From Octopus sinensis (lineage: Eukaryota), in assembly GCF_006345805.1 (NCBI RefSeq), contig NC_043014.1:23064001-23128000 (forward strand): DNA of 64,000 nt, written 5' to 3'. The notes under the pieces were generated by a model. It saw only the letters and a list, made by a program, of their open reading frames with translations, did not search any database and had not been told where the DNA came from. Positions within the stretch are counted from its first letter, which is position 1, and every line of letters begins with the position of its first letter. Positions 38,429 to 50,289 of the stretch are shown here, piece after piece. Position numbers and translations under genes: made by a program.

Positions 38429-38435
<7 letters not shown>
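36572..38435 (-). mobile_element. Decayed Tigger/pogo DNA transposon (3' half), interrupted by an insertion
   Basis: TA|CAGGCATACCTC terminus at 36572. DDE segment LLILDNAPGH...LNTTFLLQPKNQGMIAIFKHYY...FWKRY...NGVWKLCLQFVND; C-terminus KKRKRQFKTLNWFFK...EPQPSTS; frameshifts present. Confidence 0.88.
37165..37780. mobile_element. Unclassified non-coding insertion containing a short (TTAGGG)n run
   Basis: Interrupts the Tigger reading frame between DPNAQ and KKRK; TTAGGG repeats at about 37564-37594. Boundaries approximate. Confidence 0.55.
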
Positions 38436-38462
<27 letters not shown>

Positions 38463-38463
<1 letters not shown>

Positions 38464-38793
38464 GCTGCTGGATCAGGTAATGAAGGTTACGGAGAGGGTC
38501 ATAGCCCAACTAATTAGAGAGAAAGTTAGCATAGATGAGATGCAGTTTGGGTTCGTGCCAGGGAAAAGTACTACTGGTGCTATATTCCTGGTAAGACAGC
38601 TGCAGGAGAAATACCTTGCCAAAGATAAGCTCCTGTACCTGGCTTTTGTTGACATGAAGAAAGCCTTCGACAGGATCCCCGATCCCTTATCTGGTGGTCA
38701 ATGAGGAAACTAGGGATAGATGAATGGTTTGTGAGAGCTGTGCAAGCCATGTACAGAGACGCTGCTAGTAAGGTGAGGGTTGGCAACGAGTAC
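38463..38793 (+). mobile_element. Internal RTE RT fragment with frameshift
   Basis: [32 protein letters not shown]...; homologous to 19210-19537. Confidence 0.9.
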
Positions 38794-39271
38794 AACTCCC
38801 CTAAATCTGCAAAATACCTCACTCTCAATTAGGTCTCTTATACCTACTACTAAATATTCCTTTTCCAAGAGATGAGAGGCGCCCCTTCATGGCTGCTAGT
38901 TTTCGCGGGTCGCAACTCCCCCTCTATCTCGCTATGTTTTCTCTATCTCTATCTCTTCACACTGTTTGTCTTTCTATCTCTTTTGATCACCACTCGACAG
39001 GACTTCCCACTTCCCCTCCCCTCCACCACCACCCTATATAAACTAACGCCAGTATTATAGCACCCCCATTTTTCGATTCAAACTGTTGCTGTAAACTACG
39101 AACGGAAAGATAACCCACAGATAAGCATTCTTTAAATTCATCCCGTTACCTACCTAGTAATATTTCTGCGCAATTGATTAACCTTTAGTTATCTCTGTTC
39201 TGTTTGACTCTCTCTATTTCAGCCTCACGTCTCCTGTTGAATATATATATAATTCTATAGTTCCTCTTATC
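38794..39271 (+). repeat. Unclassified ~480-bp element, diverged relative of the 358-bp tandem unit
   Basis: Four colinear short matches to the reverse complement of the 8029-9836 unit (see findings); CTATATAAA at 39034. Confidence 0.5.
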
Positions 39272-39965
39272 GATCATCATCATCATCATCATCATCATCG
39301 TTTAACGTCTGTTTTCCATGCTAGCATGGGTTGGACGGTTCGACCGGGGTATGGGAAGCCAGAAGGCTGCACCAGGCCCAGTCTGCTCTGGCAGTGTTTC
39401 TACAGCTGGATGCCCTTCCTAACACCAACCACTCCATGAGTGTAGTGGGTGCTTTTTACGTGCCACCTGCACAGGTGCCAGGCGAGGCTGGCAAACGGCC
39501 ACGATCGGATTGGTGCATTTTTCGTGCCACCGGCACGGGAGCCAGTCACGGCTGGGCTCGCATCGGCCACGATTCGGATGGTGCTCTAAGCCAGTCTAGG
39601 TGGCGCTGGCATTGGCCACGATTCGGATAGTGCTTTTTACGTACCACTGGCACGGAAGCCAGTCTAGGTGGCGCTGGCATCGGCCACAATTCGGATGGTG
39701 CTTTTTACGTGCCACCAGCATTGAAGCCAGTCAAGGCGGGGCTGGCATCGACCACAATTCGGATAGTGCTTTTTACGTGCCACCGGCACGGAAGCCAGTC
39801 AAGGCGGCACTGGCATCGGCCACATTTGGATGGTGCTTTTTACGTGCCACCGGCACAGGGATCACAACTGCAGTTTCCATTGATTTTGATGTTGGTGTAC
39901 TTGACTCAATGGATCTCCTCTAGCACAGGGTCGAAAAGGTGTTTCTTCACTTGCCACCTGCACAG
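39272..39965 (-). mobile_element. RTE 3'-UTR-only copy with a distinct ~63-bp tandem module
   Basis: (CAT)n tail and RTE terminus; units like GCCAGTCAAGGCGGCACTGGCATCGGCCAC..GGATGGTGCTTTTTACGTGCCACC repeated about 5 times. Confidence 0.82.
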
Positions 39966-40130
39966 GTGTATGTATATATATATATGGAATACTAATGTTG
40001 ACTGCTAGATATGTCCTATCAGCGCTGCCTCCACTGCGTCCAGAGCATCTCTTACCAAGACTGAGTGAGGAATAAAGAAGGGATGAAATGAGCTGGCATG
40101 GGAAGTTTGTAGGATTTTGTGACTAAGCGG

Positions 40131-40579
40131 CAGATTCAGTTTACTAGTTATTTGACACCACTAGAAAAAAATCCCATTTTCCGTAGTGGTGTCGTATGAA
40201 ATTGTCACCCATAATTATAACCCTAGTATCGATCTATTGCATTTTAATCTGTTTTAGGGTTAGGGGTGGGGTTGGGGTTAGGGGTGGAGGAAGGGTATCA
40301 TTTTCTTTGCAAATGTAAATAAACCCAATCTGTTTCTTAAATGAGGGACATATTCATACAGCATGGAATGTTTTCACCCCAAATGGACGTAAGCAATTGG
40401 TTAAAATTGCCGAAATGCTCGATTTTAAAGTGGAAATATCTTACAAACTATAGAATTTTCTCAATAAAGCCAAGAGAAAATGATGTTTTATAAACACATT
40501 CTACCAGTATACAAAGTCTAAAAGTGTTTAGTTAACTAGAAATTGTGTTGAAAATTGCTGTTCAAAAGGAAAGGATCTG
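40131..40579. mobile_element. MITE-like element with short TIRs (CAGATTC/GGATCTG) and an internal G-rich TTAGGG-like tract
   Basis: Imperfect 7-bp terminal inverted match; TTAGGGTTAGGGGTGGGGTTGGGGTTAGGGG at about 40254-40285. Confidence 0.5.
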
Positions 40580-40789
40580 TTATTATTATGCTTTGATTAA
40601 TGCTGGAGAGATATGCTAAGTGGATGAAGGAAATATATAAAAAAATATATAAATATAGGAAGCATATAAAAATATATAATATATAATGTAAAATAAAATA
40701 AAGGTTCATCGTTTAGAAAATCTCATAAAATTACTTATCGAATAAGAGAGGCCTTATATTTAAAAAAAGAGGAAACCATATTTACTAAA

Positions 40790-40871
40790 TTCCCTATGGC
40801 CATTTCAGGGGTATATTATTGTGTTTAAAGCACTAGGGTGCATCATGCTAATAACTCCTTCGTCAGGGGAA
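40790..40871 (-). ncRNA. Type I hammerhead ribozyme candidate in the PLE 3' repeat, extended stem II
   Basis: Minus strand: TTCCC CTGACGA AGG...(about 48 nt)...CCT GAA ATGGCCAT A GGGAA. Perfect 5-bp stem I, intact core, palindromic stem III, cleavage triplet AUA. Confidence 0.72.
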
Positions 40872-41122
40872 AAAATAGAGAGACAGACATCATCGCGTAG
40901 CAGGTTTAACACAATATTGTGTGTTTTCTTATTGAAGCAGTCATGCTCAGACGAGCCCAGAAGAAAGAATTAAAGCAGTAAAAAAAATTAATTTTATATA
41001 AAGCAGTAGAAAAATAAAGCAGTAAAATAAAAAAAAAAAAAACTTGGTGTATTAAATTAAATTAAATTAAATTAAATTAAATTGAACCTCCGTGGTTTCA
41101 AACCCTGTAAGAGCTAAACTAT

Positions 41123-41656
41123 TTATTTTCTACAACTTATTTTATTTCTATACACTTTTAAAAACGTAGAAGAAAATTTATGGATGCAAAAGGGAATTAC
41201 ATCAGTAAATTTATTCAAAATGTGCGGTCCATAACACCTAAGGATGGTAAGGGATTCCCTTATGCACAGCTTACACCTGTTAATATTTCCCTTGAAATTT
41301 GGGGTTTTAGAGATAATGGACCATTCTAGATAATAATTCTTATTATTTTTCTTTAAATTGTGTATATGGGATGCAAGTGTTGTAGAATTACAGTATTTAT
41401 TGATAGAAAAAGAGCTCATATGTGATCTATATCTAGCCTTAAAATCTACTGTGCTACCTATATAAAATTTATTTAACCTATCCTCGTCCTTGACTACACA
41501 TTTATATATAACGTTAGTAACCAGACAGGAACCATCTAAAGGGCATAATTCGGGGTTTCTACAAAAACATTTCGTTCCGGGGCCTTTCCTAGTTTTATTT
41601 CTATTGTTACCTTTACATTTTGTGTCTCCAGTTCTAAACAAGTTTCCCTCTTTCAT
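41123..41656 (-). CDS. GIY-YIG endonuclease domain of a Penelope-like element
   Basis: CFCRNPELCPLDGSCL-VTNVIYKC...FYIGST..FKARYRSHMSSF...STTLASHI...LEWSII...RCKLCIRE..IL...LNK. The frame stays open upstream to about 41795. Confidence 0.88.
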   Translation of the reverse strand: MKEGNLFRTGDTKCKGNNRNKTRKGPGTKCFCRNPELCPLDGSCLVTNVIYKCVVKDEDRLNKFYIGSTVDFKARYRSHMSSFSINKYCNSTTLASHIHNLKKNNKNYYLEWSIISKTPNFKGNINRCKLCIRESLTILRCYGPHILNKFTDVIPFCIHKFSSTFLKVYRNKISCRK

Positions 41657-42584
41657 TCCATCAAATCTTCCCTTATTACATGGGTTCGATAGATCCGGTA
41701 AAGGCAGAGTGTTTGTACCATTGGCATTAGGCGTTACAAAATTATTATACGCAGTTCCTTGGTCATCCTCAAAAGAACTTTTCCAGCCATTCCGCCAAGC
41801 TTGCTTCTATTATTCGATAAGTAATTTTATAAGATTTTCTAAACGATGAACCTTTATTTTATTTTACATTATATATTATATATTTTTATATGCTTCCTAT
41901 ATTTATGTATTTTTTAAATATATTTTTATATACCTATATATTTATATATTACTTTATACTATATTTTTACGTTTTACCTTCTAGGTGTTGTAATGGTTTT
42001 TTAAAAAAATATATTTTTCTTAATCGCTAAAGTATTAACTTTTAACCGTGATGAACTGTATTCACATATATTCACACATTTTTTCTCACACTTTCTTATA
42101 TGCTTGTACAGATAAATTATATTCCATCTTCCATGATGTCTAAATGTATTTTCTATGATTAAATGTTCGAGTTATGAAATGTTATGTGGATGACCTTGCT
42201 TTTGTTTGTTCTATAACTTTAGTTTGATATGCATATATATATGTATATATATATATGTATGTATATATATATATATAGGTATGCATATATATATATATGT
42301 ACATATATATATATATATATATGTACATATATGTATGCATATATATATGTATATATATATATATACACATGCATATATTTATATATATGTATATATACAC
42401 ATGCATATATGTATATATATATATGTATATATACACATGCATATATGTATATATATATTTATATATAATGTTATATACATGCACATATGTATACATATAT
42501 ATATATTTATATAGAATGTTATATACATGCATATATGTATACATATATTTATATATAATATTATATACATGCATATATATATAT

Positions 42585-43908
42585 AAATCCTTAAATCCTA
42601 AAAAATGTTTCAGCCTGAAGGCTGCGGCCATGCTGGGGTACCACCGCTGAATGAGCTACACTAGTATGTGAATCCACCTCTGATACGTGGCACTTGGTCA
42701 ACAATGGAGTTTGATGCCACTGCCCGCATCTGTCTCCTGCCGAGAGGTAGGTTCATCTGGGACCCCCGACAAGAAGAGATCCAGTTTAGTTTTAAAGAAA
42801 CCCACATCCACACCATGCAAGTCTCTCAGGCATTTAGGGAGGATGTTGAAGAGCTGTGGTCCTCTGAAACCCAAGCTGTCGCAGTATCTGGACCTGTATT
42901 TTGATGGTGATCTTGGAATCTTTGGCACCATGCAGTGGCGCCCCGTTCTGCGGTTGGGGTAACTTTGAATGCCAAAATTTGGGACAAGACCCTCCAGGAT
43001 TTTCCAGATGTATATCACCGCATATCTCTCTCGCCTTCGCTCTAGGGAGAAGAGTTTTAATACTTTCAGTCTTTCCCAGTAGCTGATATATTGCATTGAG
43101 ATGATCTTCTTAGTGTAGCCTCTTTGAATTGCTTCAAGTTCTGCTGTTAGCTTTATATTGTGTGGTGACCATAGTTGGGAGTAGTAGACCAAGCAGCTGA
43201 GGACGAAAGTTTTCCAAAGGACCATCAGTGTCTCCTTCTCTCTTGTTCTGAAAGTTTGGAGAATCCATCCAGCTAGCCGTCTGCATTTTATCACCAAATT
43301 AGTAATATGCACTTGGAAAGATGCAACATTGCTCATGTCAATGCCCAGGTCATGCACTGATTTTGACTCAGGAATTACAATTCTTTCCGGGCCTGTGTAT
43401 CCAGTCTGCATGTCGTTTACCTTTGTGTGCCTGTAGCGCAGGGCCTGGAACTTACTTGCATTAAACTGCATGTTGTTGTCCTCAGTCCACCTGTATATTG
43501 TATCCAACTCCTGTTGCAGATGTGCAATATTTCCTGGGTTTTGTATTGTGTGGGAGACTTTTGTGTCATCTGCATAGCTAGCAAGGGTGGCCATCTTAGC
43601 AACTGAGGGCATGTCTGAAAGGGCCACTATGAACAGCAGTGGCCCCAAGACAGTGCCCAGTGGAACACCGCTTGTTATTTGTGTTTTCTTGGAGGTGGCT
43701 CCATTGGCCACAACTGCCTGCCTTCTATCTTTTAGGAAGTTGTGCAGCCACTCTCCAAGTTTTCTGCATATGCCGAGACCACGCAGTTTGTGACAAATCA
43801 TATCGTGGTCGACTTTATCAAAGGCTTTTGCAAAGTCGAGATATATCACATCCACATTTGAGCCATTTAGTAGCTGTTTTAACACCCAGTCATAGTGTTG
43901 CAGGAGCT
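42585..43908 (-). mobile_element. 5'-truncated CR1/L2-group LINE with long open RT C-terminal half
   Basis: ORF 42698-43885 (395 aa): YLDFAKAFDKVDH, GVPLGTVLGPLLF, YADDTK, RRERYAVIYIWK. (TTTAAGGA)-type tail abuts (TA)n. Confidence 0.92.
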
Positions 43909-44359
43909 ATTTATACACATGCATATATGGGTACAGGACGTCACCAAACAGTAAACAACATGAAATAATATTTAGTCCTAATAGGTAGCCTAGTTTTCAT
44001 TTGAAAGCTTTAGTTCAACCCATGCTAGCATTTGAAAGCTTCTGTCCAACCCATGCTAGCATGGAAAACGGACGCTAAACGATGATGATGATGATGTTGT
44101 AGATTTGTTCAATCAGAGCAGACCTAAGCCTAAACAACTCTGGTTTTATTATCCTTTCTTTCATTAATTCCACAAAACTATGAATGTTACAATTCTTCTA
44201 ATACAAATCTAAATCTTGCCTATCTTTTGAAAAAGATATAAATAAATAAACAAAAGGAATTTGATTGTAAAAAGTGTGATGCTGCCCTCCTGCAAACTTT
44301 ATGAGATTTATAAAAGAAAAGTGAAGGGGCAAAACTGACATGACTATATGACTCTAGAG

Positions 44360-44835
44360 CTGTGTTTCTCAACCATTTTTTCCCTATGGACACCTTTGTT
44401 TCCTATTCTTTTGGGTGAACTCACAGTGCTTAAAATGTTTAAGAACTCCTATTATATGTTTAACCCTTTAGCTTTCAGATTACTCTGTTAAATGTAATAC
44501 ATATTTATTCATATTATTTTCAATTAATCCTGCATTATCTTGTAGCTTCAGGATTTTGATGTGATTGTTTATTTTTAGAATGACACAGTAAGGCAGTTGT
44601 GAGAGACTGGATGTGGCCATTTTAAACATAGAACAGGTACACTATTTGGGCCTGATATGGCCTGTTTAAATGGTAGAAGGTTTAAATTCCTATTATATTT
44701 TTATACTTAGATATTATTAAGAACTGTATAAAACAAAACTATTAAAATATTTTGTTTATTGTAGAAGTATAACCAATTTATTGCACATAAATTTTAACCG
44801 CAAAATCTCATATGGATCCCAGTTGAAAACCACTG
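44360..44835. mobile_element. hAT-like MITE with a nested TTAA MITE (44460-44685)
   Basis: Ends CTGTGTTTCTCAACC ... GTTGAAAACCACTG; nested TTAACCCTTTAGC...GAAGGTTTAA. Confidence 0.65.
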
Positions 44836-46559
44836 CTCTTGGCTGGAAGCAAAAATGAGAAGGCATTGTGCTTTTTGTAATCTAGAGTAGGGTACTCTTT
44901 ATGGTACTATGTAGGTACCCAGCCACCACATTTTGGGGATCTTTTTATATTCTTATTTAGTTGCTCTTATCATTATTGCAATCTATTTATTCATTTTTAT
45001 TGTTTTGTTGACCTTACCCTTTTATGCCACTGTAAAATCCTTCTCTATTTCTTCTTTGTTCTTTTCTTTTATACCCTGCCTCTTGGTCCCTTGTAACCAA
45101 AAGAAATTATTATACTCCATTAGGATAAAAAAAATTTAATCAACCTCCTCCTTTTCATGGTTTTTTTGTTACTTATAGGTCATGTCTTTTGTTACTTTTT
45201 TTTGTTGTTGTTCTGTTACACTGCAAGTCTTCTCTTTCTATACAAGTCCTATTCACCTTCACCTGTGCCTAATGTGTGTGTGTGTGTGTGTGTGTGTATT
45301 TAGCTGCTGCTTCTCTATTCACTTGTTCACAACTAGTTGGTCACATGACCTAATTCATCGTCATCCTTGTCAAGTTTGCTTCTTATCTCCACCATCCACC
45401 TCACTGACATGTGCATACACAAAGACAATAAATATATAAACACACACACAGATACACAACTAATACATAAACTCAGAAACAGATTCATCTATGCACACAT
45501 GCATTCATTGCCAACATAGAATTGTAATTTCAAAGGTTGTATGAATGGATTCACTTCCACCACCACCACTACCTTCTATTCAGTCACCTTTATTTTCCAC
45601 TACCATCACCTCCGCACTATACAATTTCTTCAGCTTTCATCAACATACTCCTCTCAATCAACTTCTCCCCTCACAAGAAAGACTTGCAGTCTTATTTTTA
45701 GTCAATTACTTTTTACTGTACACACACACACACACACATTATAAATGTATGTATGTTTCCAGTTCTACACTAGTTATGCACCCAGGTAACTGTAATTTAG
45801 CATAGAGACACACCTTTCAAAAGGGCCCATGGCCTGTGTGAATTTCTATGGAATTTATTTTTATGCCTTGAAGCCCTGCAGTGAGCACAGCTAATATTTA
45901 CCGATTAGAAATATAGTTCATTTAGAGAAATTATGTAAATTAATGCAGGGAAAGGAGAGTGAGAAACATTTTTCCCATTAAAAAAAATTAGGGAGTAAAA
46001 TTATATTTTAGGTTCTACATTGTTTGATGGCCTGGATAGCCAACCAAATGTAGTCAATCTATTTTCATAGTAATTTATAGAACTTATCAAGTTATACTTT
46101 TTTAAACAACTTGGACAAAATTGGGTAGAGTTTCTAATGTGTGTGTATGTGTGTGTGGGGGGGTTATGGTTCGTTTCCAAATCACATGGTTTTCAGACAT
46201 GAATTTTCTACTACATCCCAAGCTAACCAAAGACTTGTGAATAGATTTGGCAGATAGAAATTGAAAGAAATCTGTTATACACACACACACACACATCTTT
46301 TATTTTTTACTTGTTTCAGTCATTAGATTGTAACCATGCTGTATAGCCTTGAAGAATCTTTTAGTCAAGTGAATCAACCCCAGTACTTATTTATTTTTGT
46401 TAAGCCTAGTATTTATTCTATCAATCTCCTTTGCTGAACCACTAGATTACAGGAAGATAAACACACCAACACCAGTTGTCAAGCAGTAGTGGTGGACAAA
46501 TACAGATGCAAATACACACACACTCATAGATATACATACATGTGTGTGTGTGTGTGTGT

Positions 46560-46760
46560 GTGTGTAGTTTAAATTTACAGAAAAACAAAAGATGAAGACA
46601 GATGTAGGAACAACAAGCAGGTGTATTCATTTGACGCTTGGGAAAAATGGAAGTCTTTTACATTTCAAGCCTATGCTCTTCAACAGAAAGAAATAAGAGG
46701 AAAAAATGGAGAGAGAGAAACTGTGTAGAGTTCAGAAGTCCAACATGGCGAGTGTCTAGC
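46560..46760 (-). repeat. Dispersed repeat with hammerhead-like motif (A6U variant); second copy at 48390-48545
   Basis: Both copies share AAATTTACAGAAAA...GAACAACAAGCAGGTGTATT...; the minus strand carries CTTT-CTGTYGA-AGAG..GGYTY-GAAA..AAAG. Confidence 0.6.
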
Positions 46761-47489
46761 AAAAAAGAGGTTGAACAAAAGGGAGATAATAATGGTGATC
46801 CCAATACACCAAGGTGCGCAAGCATGTGAGTGTTTGTGAATGGGGACGAATGAGTCTGACGTGTGTGTATTTTGAGTAGCAGTTGACGTGTGTTTTTTCA
46901 AGTGATGTGTTCATGTGCTTGTGTGTGTGTGTGTCTGTGACCAAATAGTATGCATGCATATAGTGTATTTTTGTGGGAAAAAGTTTTCTTTGTCTATGTT
47001 AGTGTATGTATATAAAGTTTGTGTTCTGGTATTATGTGCTTGTGTGGGTGTGGGAGTACCTATTGTCTGTGCTCAAGAATGATGTGCTTGTGGTGTGTGT
47101 GCTGAGTTAAACAGTGTGTGGCTGCTCATATTGTGGTATTGAAGATTGTGTGTGGATAATGGTGTGTATGTGTGTAATGGTGTGTGAAGTGAGTGATGAG
47201 TTGGACAGTGTATGAGTGTGTGTATAGTGGTGCATGTGTGGTGAGGTGGGTGATATGCAGGTGTGTAGGTGCAGGGGACAGTTAGATGTGAGAGGTGTAT
47301 GGGAATCCATGTGGGGTTGGTGTCAGACAAAGAGAGGAGGTGAGTTGAGCCCATATAGCACAAGGAATGAAGAGAGAATATTAATTCTTGTTCACAGCAA
47401 AGGCTGGAGTCTGATTGACTGCCCCCCCCCCCAAAAAAAAAATATCGGGCTTTGTGCCTAGAGTAAAAGTTGTGGCAAATACCAGTGTC

Positions 47490-47716
47490 ATGCAAACTGG
47501 CACCTGTGCTAGTGGAACGCAAATGACACCTGTGCCAGTGGCATGTAAAAGCATCCATTACACTCTCGGAGTGGTTGGCGTTAGGAAGGGCATCCAGCCA
47601 TAGAAAACCATGCCAAATCAGACTGGAGTCTGATGCAGCCTTCCAGCATGCCTGTCTACTCAAACCATCTGGCCCATCCCACCAATGACAATGGACATTA
47701 AATGATGATGATGATG
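47490..47716 (+). mobile_element. Older RTE 3'-UTR fragment with (GAT)n tail
   Basis: GGAGTGGTTGGCGTTAGGAAGGGCATCCAGC...ATTAAATGATGATG. Confidence 0.75.
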
Positions 47717-47749
47717 TGCGTCTGTGTGTTGGAAAATATGACCGGCAGG

Positions 47750-48095
47750 TCTCACTGTTCTTTCCACTACAATTTCCTGCTGGTTATGTAGATTGGCTCT
47801 TCTTGGGACTTCAGAGTTTGTGATTCTGTCTCTGTAGGTGATCTGAAATCTTCTTCATTGATGGATTGCAATTACCTCTGAATGGTCTTGGCAGTCATTT
47901 TCCAAGTTCCTCCTGTGTAGACTGCTGTTTGTAGGACAAAGCACTAGTATAGCAGGATCTTCATACAGCTGCTAATCATAATGCTGGCTCAAATCTTGGT
48001 CATTCCTCTGAACACTGCTGCTGCAAACCCAATTTTGAAGTTGACATCTGTCTCAGCATCCCCCTCTATAGCGATAATGCTGCCCAGGTTCTTGA
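47750..48095 (-). pseudogene. Ancient RTE-clade RT C-terminal remnant
   Basis: Minus translation KNLGSIIAIEGDAETDVNFKIGFAAAVFRGMTKI*...VYTGGTWKMT resembles YLGS...RIGKA...GSETW; contains stops. Confidence 0.6.
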
Positions 48096-50289
48096 TTCAT
48101 AAGAACTTGCATCTCTTCTTAACCATTGGCCCACATCACTTTTGTGTTTCTCAGATCTGATCCATAGGTTTGCCCTTGCTGCCTCTTCAGCCAAATTAGT
48201 GTTGTTTTTTTTATGTTGTACCAAGCTTAAAAAAATAAGTACAATGCTTGATTTGTTTGACTAAGTCCTTCAAAGTGGTGCCCCAAGATGGCTGTAGTTT
48301 GACTGAAGCAAGATAAAAGAAGCTTCATGTATAGTGTATGTAATAAATATGTATATATACATATATGTATGTATGTGCAATATATAGTTCAAATTTACAG
48401 AAAACAAAAAGGAAGACAAGTGAAGGAACAACAAGCAGGTGTATTAGTTTAACGCTCAAGAAGAATGGAAAGCTCTTTGATGTTTCGAACCTACTCTCTT
48501 CGACAGAAAGGATTGAGAAGGAAAAAGATGGAGAGGGAAAAAATGTGTAGGAATTAATGGTTCAACATGATGAAAGATCACCATCATTTATATCTGTTTC
48601 AATGCTGGCATGAGTTGGATGGTTTTGTAGGATCTGGTGATCCACAAATTTGCATCAAGCTCCAATATTATCTTTGGCCTGATTTCTTTGGTTGGATGCC
48701 CTTCCTAATGCCACCCACTTTACAGAATGTAATGGATCTTTTCTCATGTCACCAGCACTATGTTGGGAATTGGACTGCAAGTTCTAGCTGGTCAAGTTCA
48801 CACACGCACACACACACATGCACAGGGGGTCTCTTTTTGACCCTGACTGGTGATGCTGGGAGATGTAATGTTTGTTGTTGGTGGTGGTAGTAGTAGCAGT
48901 GATGGTATTGGTAATAATATCGGTTATAGTGCTGGTGGTGGTGGTGGTGGTAGTTGTGACTGTAATAGTTTTTTTATTAGTGATGGTGGTAAATTTTTAG
49001 TAGTAATAGTAGTTGTGGGAACAGATTTAAAGAGAATGTTAATTCAACACTAACAACAGCAAACAAACATATTCAACTAACTGCATTCTGCATTGTTCTT
49101 TTTTTTTTTCTCTCTCTTTTATATTTGTGTGTGTGTGTTTCTACTTAGAGTGGGAAAGATGGTTTTGTAATTTTAATTTCATTTCATTACCATAAAAATA
49201 TTTTGAATTCTAGCCAAATACACTCATTGAAGCATATGTATTTACACTTGCACGTATATGTACACACAAAAACATATAGACACACACACAAAAAAATAAA
49301 ATAATAATCTGTTTGTATATTTATTTAGTTACTTATATAGCTATTCAGTTAGTGTGTGTGTGTGAGAGAGAGAGAGTCTGTGTTGTATGGCAGCAGGCCT
49401 GGGAACATATGTGAAGAAATGTGCTACTGTTTTGTATGTCTGAGAAAGACTTAAATGTTTGCATGCATGCACACATGCATGCCAACATGTTTGTGCATTC
49501 ACATAGACATATGTTATGTTAGTATATAGAATTATACTTAGTGTACAAGTATATTTGTCTTCTAAACAAATTTTCAGTGTATGTGTGTATTGGTTTTGAG
49601 CTGTATTGTTATTTAGCCTGAGGTCCATACTGATGAAGCAGGCCGATGATCAAAGGCATTTTAATTTGACCATCCTATCTTTTACCTATGTGCAGAACAC
49701 CCAGTACCACATTATCTTTTTCTTAGTCAGTGAAGTGTGATTTGAGGGAGATAAGCTGCTATTTCTAGCAGGTCAAGTAACCACCTAGAGACTCCTTTGT
49801 TAGTTCATGCTCTGTTTGTGTGTGTGTATGTTAGTGGTATGTGTGGTGTATGTATGTGTAGTAATGGTCTTGGTTGCACTATGTGCATGTGATGTTGGTT
49901 TTGACATGTATTGTGATTGTGTGTGTGTGTGTGTGTTTACATTTGTTTCTTGCTTTGAAGTTTGAAAATTAATTTTCTTTTTCTTTTTTTCTATTTTTTC
50001 ATATTTAAAAGTTATTTATAAAACACATTGAGCAGGAATCTTTTTTTTCTTTCGTACAGGGAAGTTTTATTTCAAAATATTTCAGTTTCGTGTTCTATTT
50101 GTGTTAATGATATCCCATTAAAAATAAGAATATAAATAATTAAAGAATTGTCCAATAGTTTTCAACTTCAGGAAGTGTGTATATTCTTAAAACCTTTTGG
50201 AACTTAGAAATATACATCTGTCTAGTTATACTGTTTACTATCCATGAGTTTAAGAATATCTCTCTTACAAACCAATTTATATATATATA

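Larger units (their letters stand above)
40631..42180 (-). mobile_element. 5'-truncated Penelope-like element (Neptune-type) with 3' pLTR and inverted pLTR segment at the truncation
   Basis: GIY-YIG ORF preceded by a CxC-x5-CPLDGSC linker; hammerhead fold 3' of the ORF; ~120-bp inverted repeat 40631-40751 versus 41801-41925. Outer boundary approximate. Confidence 0.8.

Noticed and set aside
41123-41656. Host SLX1-like or bacterial/intron GIY-YIG nuclease gene
   Set aside because: The CxC..CPLDGxC linker, the RCxLC..E motif, the adjacent hammerhead and the inverted repeat all fit a Penelope-like element.
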